64,000 nucleotides of DNA from Octopus sinensis (GCF_006345805.1 NC_043001.1:80414001-80478000); one strand, 5' to 3'. Shown: positions 39,282-53,651, numbered from the stretch's first letter. Numbers and translations are program-made. The notes: generated by a model from the sequence alone, not told the origin.

Positions 39282-40146
39282 TCTATATATTAATACGCTT
39301 GTACCGTCGGTGTTTGTCACGCTAAGAGAGATAAGTAAGCATCAATTTCGAGTTATTTCCCTTGACTTCTGAACTGGTATTGCTGCAACATTCTTGAAAG
39401 GTGGTAAAATTCTTCACGTATATTAAAGCTTCCAGTTCCTTTGAGTGAAACAAGTGTGTGCAATGTTCCACCAAATTCTGATCAAGGAAACAGTCTTAGG
39501 CAAGTAAAAGTTTTCATTACAGATGAAGCTTCAATGATCCCAGTTTATGCTGTGAAAGCTATAGATAATTGTTTAAAAGATATTATGAATAGTAATAGTA
39601 TATTTGGTGGGAAAATTATCGTACTCGGAGGATATTTTAGACAAGTTCTTCCATTTGTTCTCAGAGCTCCTCCTCCTGCTGTACATGAAGCCTGCCTCAA
39701 ACGCTCCTTTATGTGGGATAATTTTCATCAAGTGCAACTTACGCAAAGCATGAGAACAAATGCAAATGAACAAGATTTTTCGAGATGGCTACGACAACTT
39801 AGAAGTGGATTTCTTCAAAGCTCTCTTGATAATCTCGCAGAAGATACTACTGATATTCCTGAGGCATGCATATGTAACGATTCTTTGGTATCTGATATAT
39901 TTGACTATTTTACAGCAGAAGAAATGAAATATAGAGTGATCTTATCTCCTAAAAATTAGGACTAATTAGCAGTAAATGAAGAAATTCTAAGTAGATTGTC
40001 CACTGACTGAAACTAAGATATATCTAAGCACCGACTAAAAACCATCTGATAATGAAGAAGCCCAGAATTATCCCATGGACTTTATAAACTCTCTTACACA
40101 TTCTGGAATGCCTCCCCATCGCCTTAACTTAAAAGTTGGAGCAATT
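39282..40146 (+). mobile_element. Helitron fragment: putative 5' TC terminus plus PIF1 helicase remnant
   Basis: A|TCTATATATTAATACG start; TGIAATFLKGGK, FITDEASM, FGGKIIVLGGYFRQVLP, LTQSMR, NSLTHSGMPPHRLNLKVGA. Confidence 0.85.
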
Positions 40147-40745
40147 TTAGGAGGAAAAAGAGGAGGAGAAAGGGGAGCGGGAGAGAAGGATTTTGTCTTA
40201 TCGGTACAAGGCCAAAAATTTGACGGGTGGGATTTTGCCGAACACATCGACACTAATGCTCAACTGGTAATCACTTTATCGACCCTGAAAGGATGAAAAC
40301 TAAATTCCATTTCTGCAGAATTTGAACTCAGAATTTGAGATCTGCTAAATACTTTGACTAGTCTCATAAGAACTTTTCCAGCTCGCCACCTTCATAATAA
40401 CAAAAACAACGTTGATTCTAAGTGGATAGGTATCTTGATCAGAAAATGTCGAAGTTGAGATTCGAAAGGCCCAGTTTTCAGTGTGGCAAGAGTGCAATTA
40501 CTATAAACCATGAACAACGTGATAAATGTCAAGTTCCTACCACCGGGTATCAAAACCGGGTGGCTGACTAAACATAGCGCACCAGGAAATTACTTGTATA
40601 ACCTGGCACTAAGCCAAAGATGGAAGAAATACTTTTATGGTTTGGTGAATAGGTTGCTTTTGATAGCGGCTATTTTTATTGACTTTCCTACATTCTTATA
40701 TTTATATACATACGTATGTATGTATGTATGTATGTATGTATGATG

Positions 40746-40776
<31 letters not shown>

Positions 40777-42120
40777 GTATGTATGAATGTATGTATGTAT
40801 GTACGTATGTATGTACGTATGTATGTATGTATGTATGTATGTATGTATGAATGTATGTATGAATACATAGATACATGTGTATATATATATGCACATATAT
40901 ATACAAATGCATATAAGCACAAATACATACACATATGCACAAAAACACAGCCACACATATCTATGTGCGTCTACTCTTCTTGTAAAAGGATAATATAAAT
41001 ATGTATGTGTGTGTGTATGTGAGTTTGTTTGTGTGAATGTATTTTATTATCTTTTATTCGCTTCGGTCATTGGACTACGGCCATGCTGGGACACCGCCTT
41101 GAAGAGCATAGTGGAACAAACCGACTCCAGTATTTATATCTAAAGAGTGGTACATGTTTTATCGACACCCTTTGACCGAACTACTAACTTAGAGGACGCC
41201 AAAACAAAACTGTCACAAAACGCCTGAACGAAGGCCTGGAATGGCCTCTAATATCATGGAATAAATACTTTGGACAGAGTCGCGTCACAGACTTGCAGGT
41301 TTGCCTAATCAAAGTATTCCAGAACTTGAAGTAGCCTCTAAAATCTCTTAACGCGAGGTCAGATATGATGTTTAATTACCGACACAGGAGTAGGTTCCTC
41401 CTGCAAAGTTTCCCCTCACCTAAAGCGTACATCCACTGAAAATAAACATTATCTAGTTTCAGTCAGCATTGCAGGAAAATTACTTTCAGGGTGAAAACAG
41501 GAGCCATGCCACTATAACACTATAACAGATAGGATCCCGTGACTAACCTAAATCTGTGAAAATTGCCTTTATATATGTCCTCAGAGAAGACGTCTTATAC
41601 CATTATCCCTACAATTGTATGGCTGATCAGGTTCATATATATAGTGTTCGTATGACATACTACAAAGAACAAAAGGGTAGAGTGAATCAACGATTTCTAT
41701 TAAATAAAATTCTGCGCATTATGTAAAATTTATCGATTATGAAAGGCTCGACGGAGACCTACCAGATTCTTGGGTCCAACTGATACAGTGATGAACACAA
41801 ATGTTCACGCAACGCCCCTTTGTAAGATCTGAGTCTCGTCATACTATTAACCAGACTCAAAAAAAATGAACGGGCTCTCGTAGAACAGTTCAGTTGTAAT
41901 AAATATACACACAAACCAACACACCTTTATATGTACATGTATACATATGTGCGTAATATATATTTGTATATTCATGTATGTATATAAACACATGCACACA
42001 CATATACGCATATGTACATAAGCTGAGACATAACCGTATAATTCACAATTACGTGATAGTGAAGTGTCTTCAACTATGAGAGATAGAGTGAGAGTGTGTG
42101 AATGTGCGTAAATGTACACA

Positions 42121-42157
<37 letters not shown>

Positions 42158-42202
42158 GCGTGTGTGTGATAATGTTTTTTATTAGGTCGTAATAATAATA
42201 AT

Positions 42203-42820
42203 AGGCTGCCCAGTCCTCGCTGAAAAAAAGTACCTCATAAAGACATGACAGACTAGGGCAGTACAGCCAATAGAATGCTTGTAAATGCTACAAAATTAAA
42301 TCCCATGATAAGTGGTACAGTAGTAAATGCGTTACCATCCTTTAGAACTTCCCAATACAAACAGACAGAAAAATTGACTCCAATTGACCAGACATTGTGA
42401 TCAAGGACTGCAACAGAGGAACTTGTCTGTTAATAGATATGTCAGTTCCACAAGATCAAAATGTCTCAACAAAAGAATACGAAAAGCTTTCTCACTATAA
42501 AAATCTGCAAATTTAAATTGTGAAAGCTTAGTGTTACGATAATACCATTAGTGATTGGTGCGTTGCGAATGATAAAGAAGGGAGCTGAGAAGTATATTAA
42601 GCAACTCCCTGGCAACTACAGTCTCTGTGAACTACAAAAGATAACATTGATGGGTACAGCCCATATACTACGGAAAGTACTCTCCATCTAAAATGGAATA
42701 AATGTGGTGATAATTTTAGCATGCATAGCAAAACAAAAGTGACCTTGCCACTCTTGACCTCCGGAGGATGCCCGGTACTAAGGCAGCTGAAATAAAGTTA
42801 TAATGAAAATAAACCATAAC
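42203..42820 (+). mobile_element. R4/Dong-type LINE 3' fragment, third subfamily
   Basis: GCPVLA...RHDRLG; PDIVIKD...LLIDMSVP; VIGAL; LQKITLMGTAHILRKVLSI*; (AAT)n on both sides. Confidence 0.85.
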
Positions 42821-43023
42821 TAATAATAATAATAATAATACTGATAATAATGATAATGAAAATGATAATGATAATGATAATGATAATGATGGTGATGATA
42901 ATGATGATGATGACGACGACGACAACAACAACAACAACAATAATAACAATAATAATAATGACTAATAATAATAATAATGTTGATGATGATGATGATGACG
43001 ACGATGACGATGATGATGACGAC

Positions 43024-43062
<39 letters not shown>
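42820..43062 (+). repeat. Compound (AAT)/(GAT)/(AAC) microsatellite
   Basis: Direct reading. Confidence 0.95.
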
Positions 43063-43063
<1 letters not shown>

Positions 43064-43963
43064 AAAAAAATCCGAAGAGGAAAGTGTAGATAGTCAGTGG
43101 TAGGCGGGTATTAGTTCATGTAAGAATGTAGGTTCAATTAGCATGACGATTGCAGAATCTAACGCTTCCTGTTATTGAACTTCGTTGAAGAATTAAGAAG
43201 AAAGAGGTGGTGATGGTGATGTTTGGGTTGCGAAGGAATATGTGAAGAAGGAATTGAATTAAAGAATGACGTGGAATTAATTGGGTGAGAGTTAGATTGA
43301 CACAGATGTGGTGCGAGAGGATCATATGGACAACAGGCGAGAAAGTTAGAATTGGTAAAGGAAACTAGAAAAAGCCATTGGCTTCTTGAACATTATATTA
43401 GGTTCTTGAAATTTATTTTTCAGTAAAGGCACCCATATTAAACTGAAAGCAGCGTTAGCCAGAGCGAGCAAGTAGCAGCAAGCCAATCAACAAGTATAGT
43501 CGTAACACTAGTTTAAAATGGCTGCCTTTTATGAAGAACGTATTTATAGAATCTGGGAATGTTTCATTAAATGTACATGCATCAGTGCTATAATGGATAA
43601 GAGTGTTACTCACCATAATTTAAAGATAAATGCTCTTCTTTGCTTGAATCTAATCCGATATTATGTGTGCATCTAGAAATAAAAATCCTCACGATGGAGA
43701 ACAACTACGTAGGTGTAAGTAAATGGTTTTAAAAAACATGTTACACCTCTCGAGATGAGATCAAAAGTGAAAAGTAATTTAATCGCAGGTATGACCTTGT
43801 TTCCTACATATAACGATTACACAGATTCGGTAAAGTGCAATGATGATATACGGAAGTAGCATGGGTTGATAATCTATTGCACATACGAGCCAAACTTGTA
43901 TTTACATATTCTGATACCTATATGCACCTACACACACACACACATGTATATATATATATATAC

Positions 43964-44011
<48 letters not shown>

Positions 44012-44067
44012 CCTGTTTGTCTATCTATCTATCTATCTACCTGTCTATCTATCTACCTATCTATCTG

Positions 44068-44103
<36 letters not shown>

Positions 44104-44359
44104 CCATTGTATCTCTGTCTGCTCCCAATGCATTCTCAGACGGCTCAACCAAATCAAATTTTACATGGTAATAACTGAGACGCCAGGAGTGTCAATATGT
44201 AATTTTGGGGGTTCAAACAATGCAACATTGGCACTGGTTCAGTATTATGTCTCAAAACTCGAAGAGTAGAAGTAGAACCTGCAACGGAGTAAGTAATAAA
44301 TAGTTTCACTTTTAATAGATTCACTTTTATATTGTTACACTTTTAAGTTTTACTATGTA

Positions 44360-44371
44360 TATATAGACATG

Positions 44372-44439
<68 letters not shown>

Positions 44440-44867
44440 GCATGTATATATATATGTATATATATATGTGTGTGTGTGTGTATATACATGTATTTACATA
44501 TATGCATATGCGTACATATATGTGTGTATATATATGTATATGTATATATATATATGTATATATATATGTATATGTGTATATATATATATATGTATATTTA
44601 TGTATATATGTGTATATATATGTGTGTACATGTATATGTGTATATATATGTGTATATATATATGTGTGTTTATATATATGTGTGTGTGTATATGTGTATA
44701 TATATATGTATGCATATATATATGTGTATATATATACACACACATATATATATACACACATATATATGCACACACATATATACATACATATATATACACA
44801 TATATATATATACATATATATACACACATATATATATATATATATATCTGTACATATATATATATAC

Positions 44868-44902
<35 letters not shown>

Positions 44903-44961
44903 GTGTGTGTGTGTGCATATATGTATCTGTGTATATATATATATATATCTGTCTATGTATG

Positions 44962-45043
<82 letters not shown>

Positions 45044-45065
45044 TGTGTGTGTGTGTGTATACATA
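44360..45065. repeat. Long compound (TA)/(TG)/(CA) microsatellite
   Basis: Direct reading; source of the 225-249 aa artefact ORFs. Confidence 0.95.
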
Positions 45066-45526
45066 TATTTTCAGTATCAGATGTATAAAACACACGCAAA
45101 CAGAAGAAAGCACTGTTGTTGAAATTGCTTATATTTTTATTTCCTGAATGTACTTTTCGTTTGTATGATGATTTTATAAGATGTGCTAAATCTATGAATT
45201 AAGAAATAAGCTATTTTGGATATTCTCTAATAAATAGCAGTGGAAATGCCTACAAAAATTTACCGATTCCGATACTTACTTCAAAACTGTAAAAGCTGCC
45301 ATAGAATTTATTACTTACTATACGTATATAAGTGCATACATATTACATATATTCACACTCATACACATACAATGTACCCTAAATTAATGTTGCATGTGTA
45401 TGTCTATAAACAGGCATATATATATAAATATAAGCGTTTGTATTAGTGGGTGTGTATGTATGTGTGTATGTATAGAGATAGGTCAATAGATAGACAGATA
45501 TAAACAGACAGGCAGATATAGACAGC

Positions 45527-45557
<31 letters not shown>

Positions 45558-46319
45558 TTATATGCATATCTCTATATATGTGTATATGTGTGTATTTATA
45601 TAGACATATATGTGTATGTGTGACAGAATTTCCCGAGTATGTGTACATATTTGGAAATATGTACATGTATGTATACATACATGTACATAGATGTGCATAT
45701 ATACATGTGTCTACAAAGACACGCAGACACACGCATACGAATGTAGAATGGGATTGAGATGGAGAGAGAGTAAGAGAGGGAAAGAGTAAGAGAGAGTAAG
45801 AGGGAGCTAGGGTAAAGGGAAAATGGTAATTTACACCAAATCCTGAAATGTATTAAGAGTATACAAACAGCGACTACCAAACTATTTAATTAAAGAAAAA
45901 ATTCTGCCGTCGCATCCGCCATGTTTATTTTTCATTTACGGAACATAAACTTTTTTCAACGAAAAAAAAAAGGGGGGAAAGAAAAGAAATGATTTTCTAT
46001 AGCAGACAGCCGATACCGAAACCAATAAGAAGTAGCTTAGCAACAACAAGAACAACAATGATAACAACAATAACAATAACAACCAAAACAACTGATGATG
46101 ATGATGATGATGATGATGAGTGGAGTAAAGGAGAAGCATGGTATTGGTGGTGGTGGGCGTGGGTGGGGGTGGGGGTGAGGCTGGGATAGGGTTTGGGGGT
46201 ATCGGCAGTGGCAGTGGGCGCATTAGTAGCAGCGACGGCGGTGTAGGGGATGACGATGTGAACAACGACGACGATGACTACAGGGCCGTGCATACGATGA
46301 TCTCGACGATGATGATGTA

Positions 46320-46704
46320 GTAGTAGTGGTGGTGGTGGTGGTGGTGGTGGTGGTGGTGGTGGTGGTGGTGGCGATGGTGGCGTTGGTGCTGGTGGTGGTG
46401 GTGGTGGTGGTGATGGTGGCGGTGGTGGTGGTGGTGGTGGTAGTGGTGGTGATGGTGGTGGTGGTGGTAGTGGTGGTGGTGGTAGTGGTACTGGTGGTAG
46501 TGGTAGTGGTGGTGGTAGCGGTGGTGGTGTAAATAGCAGTAATGCTGGAGCGATAATATTAAAGATGCTGCTTATGATGATGATGATGAAGAAGCTGGTT
46601 CTGCTGATGATGTAGATGATGATGGTGATGATGAAGAAGAAGTGGAAAAACTTACAATAACACCACTAAAGCTGACATGGATAAAGAGGCAACGCAAAGA
46701 AAAC

Positions 46705-46764
<60 letters not shown>

Positions 46765-46770
46765 AACAAT
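46320..46770 (+). repeat. (GGT)n, (GAT)n and (TAG)n microsatellites
   Basis: Direct reading. Confidence 0.95.
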
Positions 46771-47152
46771 AATATTAATTACCAAAAATTATATTAAAAA
46801 AATTATAAAAATACTCAACAATATCAGCAGCATCAATACAAACAAGAACAGCAGCAACAACAGCAACAAAAAGAAGAATGATGACATCAACTATAACAAA
46901 AACAAAAGCAAAACCACAAACACCACCACCACCAACAACAACAACAACAACAACGTTAACAAAGACTAACAGTAAAGCTGACAACACGTAAGCAAAACAA
47001 CGTTACGAAGGCGCAATAACAATTATTTCAACATCCAAAGCAACAATAAAAAGCGACAACAAATTCAGCATCATCAACATCGTCAGCAACATCGACATTA
47101 GCAGCAACGGGAACAACATTGCCAGTAGTTCTAACGAACCAAACGGTTATGT

Positions 47153-47407
47153 CTCTTTTATTTGTTTCAGTTATTTGACTGCGGCCATACTGGAGCACCG
47201 CCTTTAGTCGAGCAAATCAAACCCCAGGACTTATTCTTTGTAAGCCTAGTACTTATTCAATCGATCTCTTTTTGCCGAACCGCTAGGTTACGGGGACGTA
47301 AACACACCACCATCGGTTGTCAAGCGATGTTGAGGGGGCAAACACAGACACACAAACATATATACACACACACACACACACACCCACACACACACACACA
47401 CACACAC

Positions 47408-47469
<62 letters not shown>

Positions 47470-47636
47470 AACGATGGGCTTCTTTCAGTTTCCGTCTACC
47501 AAATCCACTCACAAGGCTTTGTGTCGGCCCGAGGCTATAGTAGAAGACACTTCCCCAAAGTGCCACGCAGTGAGACTGAACCCGGAACCATGTGGTTGGT
47601 ATGCAAGCTACTTAATACACACCCACTCCTGCGCCT
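47153..47636 (-). mobile_element. Full-length SINE family A
   Basis: Reverse complement of the 16287 copy. Confidence 0.9.
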
Positions 47637-48133
47637 GGGGGGGGGGGGGTGGCTCAGACCGCTAGATGTCTTTTACTTTTTACTTGTTTCAATCATTAGA
47701 CTGCGGTCACACTGGGGCACCGCCTCGGAGCAGCTTTTTGTCGTATGAATCAACTGCATTAATTATGTTTTCAAGCTTGATACTTATTCTATCGTTCGCT
47801 TTTGCCGAACTGCTAAGTTACAGCGACGTAAACACACCAACATCGGTTGCCAAGCGGTGGTGGAGGACAAACAGACTTATAGACATACACAGAGTTCACT
47901 CAGCTGGCAAAAATGAGTTGTACCTTTAATTCAAAGAACAAGCCTTGTTACATTCTGTGTAGCGCTGAATCTTCCTAAGAACTACGATAAGGGTATGCAG
48001 GTCTGTGGAGTACTCAGCCACTTGCACGTTAATTGCACGAGCAGGAAATTCTGTTGATCGGATCAATTGGAACCCTCGTCGTTGAAACGACAGAGTGCAG
48101 TTGTATATATATACATATACATATATGTATGTG

Positions 48134-48178
<45 letters not shown>

Positions 48179-48779
48179 TGCGCGTGCATGTGTGGAGAGA
48201 GGGGGAGAGAGAAAGAGTTCAAATTTACAGAATACAAAAGACGAAGGACGGTGAGGAAACAACAAGCAGGTATATTAGTTTAATGCTTGAGAAGAATGGA
48301 AAAGTCTTCAAAGTTTCGTGCCTATGCTCTTCGACAGAAAGGATTAAGAGTAAAAAAAGAAAAAAGTGGAGGGAGAACGAAAAAAAAAGAAAAGAACGGA
48401 GAGAGAAAACAAAATGCCTGTCCCATATATATATATATAGGATGGGTTTCTCTCAGTTTCTGTCTATCAAATTCACTCACAAGGGTTCGGTGGCCCGAGG
48501 ATGTAGAAGACACTTGCCGAAGGTAGCGTGCAGTGAAACTGAACCCGAAGCGTGTAGTTGGGAAGCAAACTTCTTACCACACAGCCATGCCTGCGCCTGT
48601 TAAATCTGCCTCAAATCGCTCCTTTCCATGTTAGAAATGGATTTATTCGATGATGTGAACTTGATTTGCCTGAATTGACGGGATGGTCACAGCTAGAACG
48701 CCTTTGATGAAAAGCTCTTACTGGTTGTGGCTTCTCGGGACTTAAGAAAAAAAAGCAACAAATTCGCACAAGAAGACCA

Positions 48780-49155
48780 CTTATATGTCTATCACTACTA
48801 CAACTAGTACCACAGCAACAACAACGACGATACCACTTACAACTATCACTAACGGTAACAACGACAAAGAGAATATCAATTGCAACTACCACCAGCACAA
48901 CAGCTACAACAACTGTAGCAAGAACAACAACAATACCACTTACAATTACTACCACTACAAGAAAAACTATTACATCAACCACAGTAAGGCTACCACTTAC
49001 AATTACCACCAACATAATTACTACTTCTACTACTACTAACTACTACTACGACTACTGCATTGAGAATACATATCACTTTCAACTACCACCAAAATAACAA
49101 CTGTAACTATTACTACTGCTACCACTAGAAATACTACTACTACTGCTACTACTTC

Positions 49156-49191
<36 letters not shown>

Positions 49192-49284
49192 TACCGCATT
49201 GAGAATACATATCACTTTCGACTACCACCAAAATAACAACTATAACTATTACTACTACTACCACTAGAAATACTACTACTACTG

Positions 49285-49319
<35 letters not shown>

Positions 49320-49810
49320 GTTGCTGCTGCTGCTGCTACTACTACTACTCGAACTACTACTACTCGAACTATTACTACTACTACAATGAGAATCTCACAA
49401 CTACCTTATAAAACAACTACCACCAAAGTAACAACTATGGCTACTACTACTGTTACTATTACTACTACTATTACTACTACTACTACTACAACTACTACTA
49501 CAGTCATAATATCACAACTACCACCAAAACTACAAATATAACTACTACTACTGTTACTATTACTACTACCACTACTGCTTCAATGACTGTACCACTTACA
49601 ACTACTACCACAACCAGTAACACCACGTAAGCCAACAGAAGGACAACGGCGATACCACTTGCAACTACCACCAGTACAACCACCTCAACCGTCATCACCA
49701 TTATCACCACTACTACCACCAACACAGCACCAACGCCATATTACTACCATCACCACCACCACCACCACCACCACCACCACCACCACCATCACCGCCACCA
49801 CAACAACAAT
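48780..49810 (+). repeat. (ACT)/(AAC)/(ACC) low-complexity tract with ~140-bp internal duplication
   Basis: GCATTGAGAATACATATCACTTTC.ACTACCACCAAAATAACAACT at about 49057 and 49196. Confidence 0.85.
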
Positions 49811-50041
49811 GAAAGCTTTGGAGAAACAGCAAATAAAGAACTAAGATAAATAAATAAACAAATAAAAAGGATGGTTAAATTTACGTTATTTTGGCAAATT
49901 GTAATTGAAGGAAAATTTATATGTTCAAATAAACGAATGTGTTTCTCTGTAATTACTTCGCCTCGCTTTTTCCATATATATGCTGTTGATACGGTGTGTA
50001 TATATATATGTATGTATATAATATTATATATATATATATAT

Positions 50042-50073
<32 letters not shown>

Positions 50074-50173
50074 ATATATTTAATATATAATATATATGTG
50101 TGCGTGTATATATATATATATATGTATGTATATAATATATATATATATGTATGTATGTATATATATGTGCGTG

Positions 50174-50221
<48 letters not shown>

Positions 50222-50228
50222 GTGTGTG

Positions 50229-50265
<37 letters not shown>

Positions 50266-50372
50266 GTATATATACATACATATATATATATATATACACA
50301 TATATATATAATATATGTATGTATGTATGTATGTATATATACGTAGATGCATACATACACAGACATACACTC

Positions 50373-50403
<31 letters not shown>

Positions 50404-50875
50404 CATCGGGGGTCTGTTTTATTATCGTTTTGTTATTGGCCTTTTATTTTCCTTTTGTGATGACAGTGCTGTTATTGTTGTAGTAGTAGTAGTAGTTGTC
50501 GTTGTTGTTCTTGTTCTTGTTCTTGGTGGTGGTGGTGGTGGTGGTGGTGGTGGTGGTGGTCTGGTGGTAGTCTGGTGATGGTGCGACGGCGCTGTATAGC
50601 TGTTGGTGGCGATGGTCATCGTTGTCGTAGCGACGGCGTAGATAACGGCTACGGCAGTAGTGGTGGTGGTGGTGGTAGTAGTAGTGGTGATTGTTTGATT
50701 ATCTTAGATTCTCTTTTATCGGGGAGGAAGGTCTCTATATTTGTCCGTTTACTCACTCACTCTCTCTCTTCCTCTCTCTCACACATCCAAGCCCACACGT
50801 CGCACGTGCGCGTAAAGATATATGCATGCATGTATGAATGTATGTATATTGTATATGTGTATGCATATATGTATG

Positions 50876-50947
<72 letters not shown>

Positions 50948-51039
50948 TACATATATAAAATACATTATACAAATATATATGCAAAACAAACAATATATAT
51001 ATATTTATATAATATGTACATATATATATGTATATATAT

Positions 51040-51081
<42 letters not shown>

Positions 51082-51286
51082 TGCGTACATATTTACATAC
51101 ACATATACATATTATGTGCATACGTAAGTACATACATATATGCGTATATATATATGCATCATATATACATACATATATACATGCAAACTTATATTGTTAT
51201 ATATATATATATATATGAAGGTGTGTGTCTGTGGAATGTGTAGAAATATGTTTATATGTTTGTATATTGTCCAAATATATTCAAAT

Positions 51287-51375
<89 letters not shown>

Positions 51376-51957
51376 CACACACATCGTAACATAGATATAA
51401 ACATACATACATATCTACACAGTATGGCGACGATTGTTCAAGACAAATTTCTTCTACTCTGCGGTAAAATTGTTTCAAAAAACACCTTAAATATTTCTCA
51501 TCTAACCGTAACATTAATAAAGCAGAGAAATACCAATAAATATCAATATCCTATAAGTATCGCTATAAGTCATACTCTGTCTCAGACGAAAATTGCTGCC
51601 GGGGGTTCTGTGGGGCGTTCGCTCTGTAAAACTGTGATTGGTTTTGGAGTTACTGGTGCATTGGCAAAGCGTTCCATCACTGAATCTGCAGTGATAGCCG
51701 CCACTAGGGTGCATCGGATAAAGAAGGTATGCCTCAGTTTTTGTTTTCTCTTTCTTCGTTTACTTGTTTTAATCATTGAACTGCAGCCGTGCCGGGGTAC
51801 AGCCTTGAAAATGGTTCAGTCGAGCAAATCACTGGATTTGGAGTTTACTGGTGCATCAAAGAGAAAGGACCCGCATTTCATCACTAAAGCTGCAGAGATA
51901 GCCACTAGGTGACTTTGGATAAAGACGGTAGTCTAGTGGTTTTTTTATTTTCCCTTT

Positions 51958-52260
51958 TTTCTTTCCCTTGTTTCAATCAGCGGACTGCGGCCATGCTGGG
52001 CTACCGCATTGAAGGTTTAGTCGAACGAATCGACCCCAGGACTTATTCTTTATAAGCCTATTACTTATTCTATCGGTTTCTTTTGCCGAACCGCTAAGTT
52101 ACAGGGACGTAAACACACTAGCATCGGTTGTCAAGTGATGTTGGGGAGACAAACACAGACAGGCAAACATACACACACACACACACATACATACATACAT
52201 ACATACATACATACATACATACATACATACATACATACATAAACACACACCACACACACG

Positions 52261-52294
<34 letters not shown>

Positions 52295-52362
52295 ATATAA
52301 TATATATACGACGGACTTCTTTCAGTTTCCATCTACCAAATCCACTCACAAGACTTTGGTTG
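51958..52362 (-). mobile_element. SINE family A, lacking its head
   Basis: Tail and core match family A. Confidence 0.85.
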
Positions 52363-52499
52363 CAAGAAACTATTTAAAAGATCTCCGTTTTAAGTGGGGA
52401 AGGTTTCTGTTAAAACCAGTGTTGGCAGTTGTTATACATCAGCAAATGCCTTTTCAATTTCAGCTCAATATTTCATTTCGCTGTCTGATCTATTATTAA

Positions 52500-52619
52500 C
52501 TAGCAGTATAGCCCGGCTTTGCCCGGGATTAAGTTAGGATTATTAAGCTAATCAAGTTCTTTATTTCAAACCAAACTAACTAACATCGACGTCAAATTTG
52601 GGCGAAATGTGTTGAAATT

Positions 52620-52622
<3 letters not shown>
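52500..52622 (-). mobile_element. Helitron 3' terminus
   Basis: Minus: GCCCGG-type hairpin CCCGGGCAAAGCCGGGC, short spacer, CTAG, followed by T. Confidence 0.8.
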
Positions 52623-52657
<35 letters not shown>

Positions 52658-52664
52658 CATACGG

Positions 52665-52850
52665 CATGATAGATCGTTAGCCACTACCCCCTTTTTTTCT
52701 CTCCTTGTTTTTTTTCTGTACCTTTCTGCAGAAGAGCCCAGGCTCGAAACGTAAAATACTTTTTCTATTCCTGGAGCATTATACTAATACATCTGTTTGT
52801 TTTGTACACACCACATGTCTTCGTCTTTTGGTTTTTTTTTCGTAAACTTC
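52665..52850 (+). mobile_element. Short Penelope-like repeat with degenerate hammerhead motif (52723-52756)
   Basis: TTT-CTGCAGA-A-GAGC(CCAG)GCTC-GAAA-CG-TA/AAA; same layout as 21755-21940; (TA)n on both sides. Confidence 0.5.
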
Positions 52851-53288
52851 CCCTATATATATATATATAGTATATATATATATATATATATAATATATAT
52901 ATATGGGGGCAAACACACACACATACACTCACGTACGTTCGAACACCTATTGCATGCATGTTTTTGTACGCATACATGTTCGTGTGTGTGTGTGTATCGC
53001 CTGTATATCAACAAAGCACTTTTTCCTCGATAGAAAAAAAACAACAAAAGTCTTAAAAACTTACACGTCGCTAACTCATGTTTGAAAACAAAGTTGATTT
53101 CTCTGACTTGAAAATTGTAAAAAGTTTTGCTTAAAATTTTATTTTTACTGCTATTCGCTGGTGCCTCTCGGAAAAATAAGTTAACGAAAATGCAGCTAGG
53201 ATCATAACGAATGTCCTTAAATTGGAGCGACATGCGTACTAATTTGTGGACGTGCGTAAATTACATTCACGTACACACACGCACACAC

Positions 53289-53328
<40 letters not shown>

Positions 53329-53446
53329 CCTGCCTTTTATATATACAGATTAACAGACACAAAATAAACCAAACTCAGAAATAACGCTTGGTGCAGCAGT
53401 ATGGGATATTTTGCAATATTCTTGCTGTATTAAATGTTTATATGCT

Positions 53447-53610
53447 AGGCGCAGGAGTGGCTGTGTGGTAAGAAGCTTGCTTCCTAACCACATTGTTCCA
53501 GATTCAGTCCTGCTGCGTGGCACCTTGGGCAAGTGCCTTCTACTATAGCCTTGAGCCGACCAAAGCCTTGTGAGTGGATTTGGTAGACTGAAACTGAAAG
53601 AAGCCCATCG

Positions 53611-53651
<41 letters not shown>

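Noticed and set aside
44327-45147. Overlapping ORFs of 111-249 aa (IYIY/HTHT/CVCV), and similar ORFs throughout the window
   Set aside because: Translations of (TA)/(CA)/(TG) microsatellites, which lack stop codons
48780-49810. Possible Thr-rich mucin exon
   Set aside because: Stops within the repeat unit and no splice context; trinucleotide expansion
51424-51912. 162-aa ORF
   Set aside because: Runs through a SINE tail fragment and an ~80-bp internal duplication; no domain recognised
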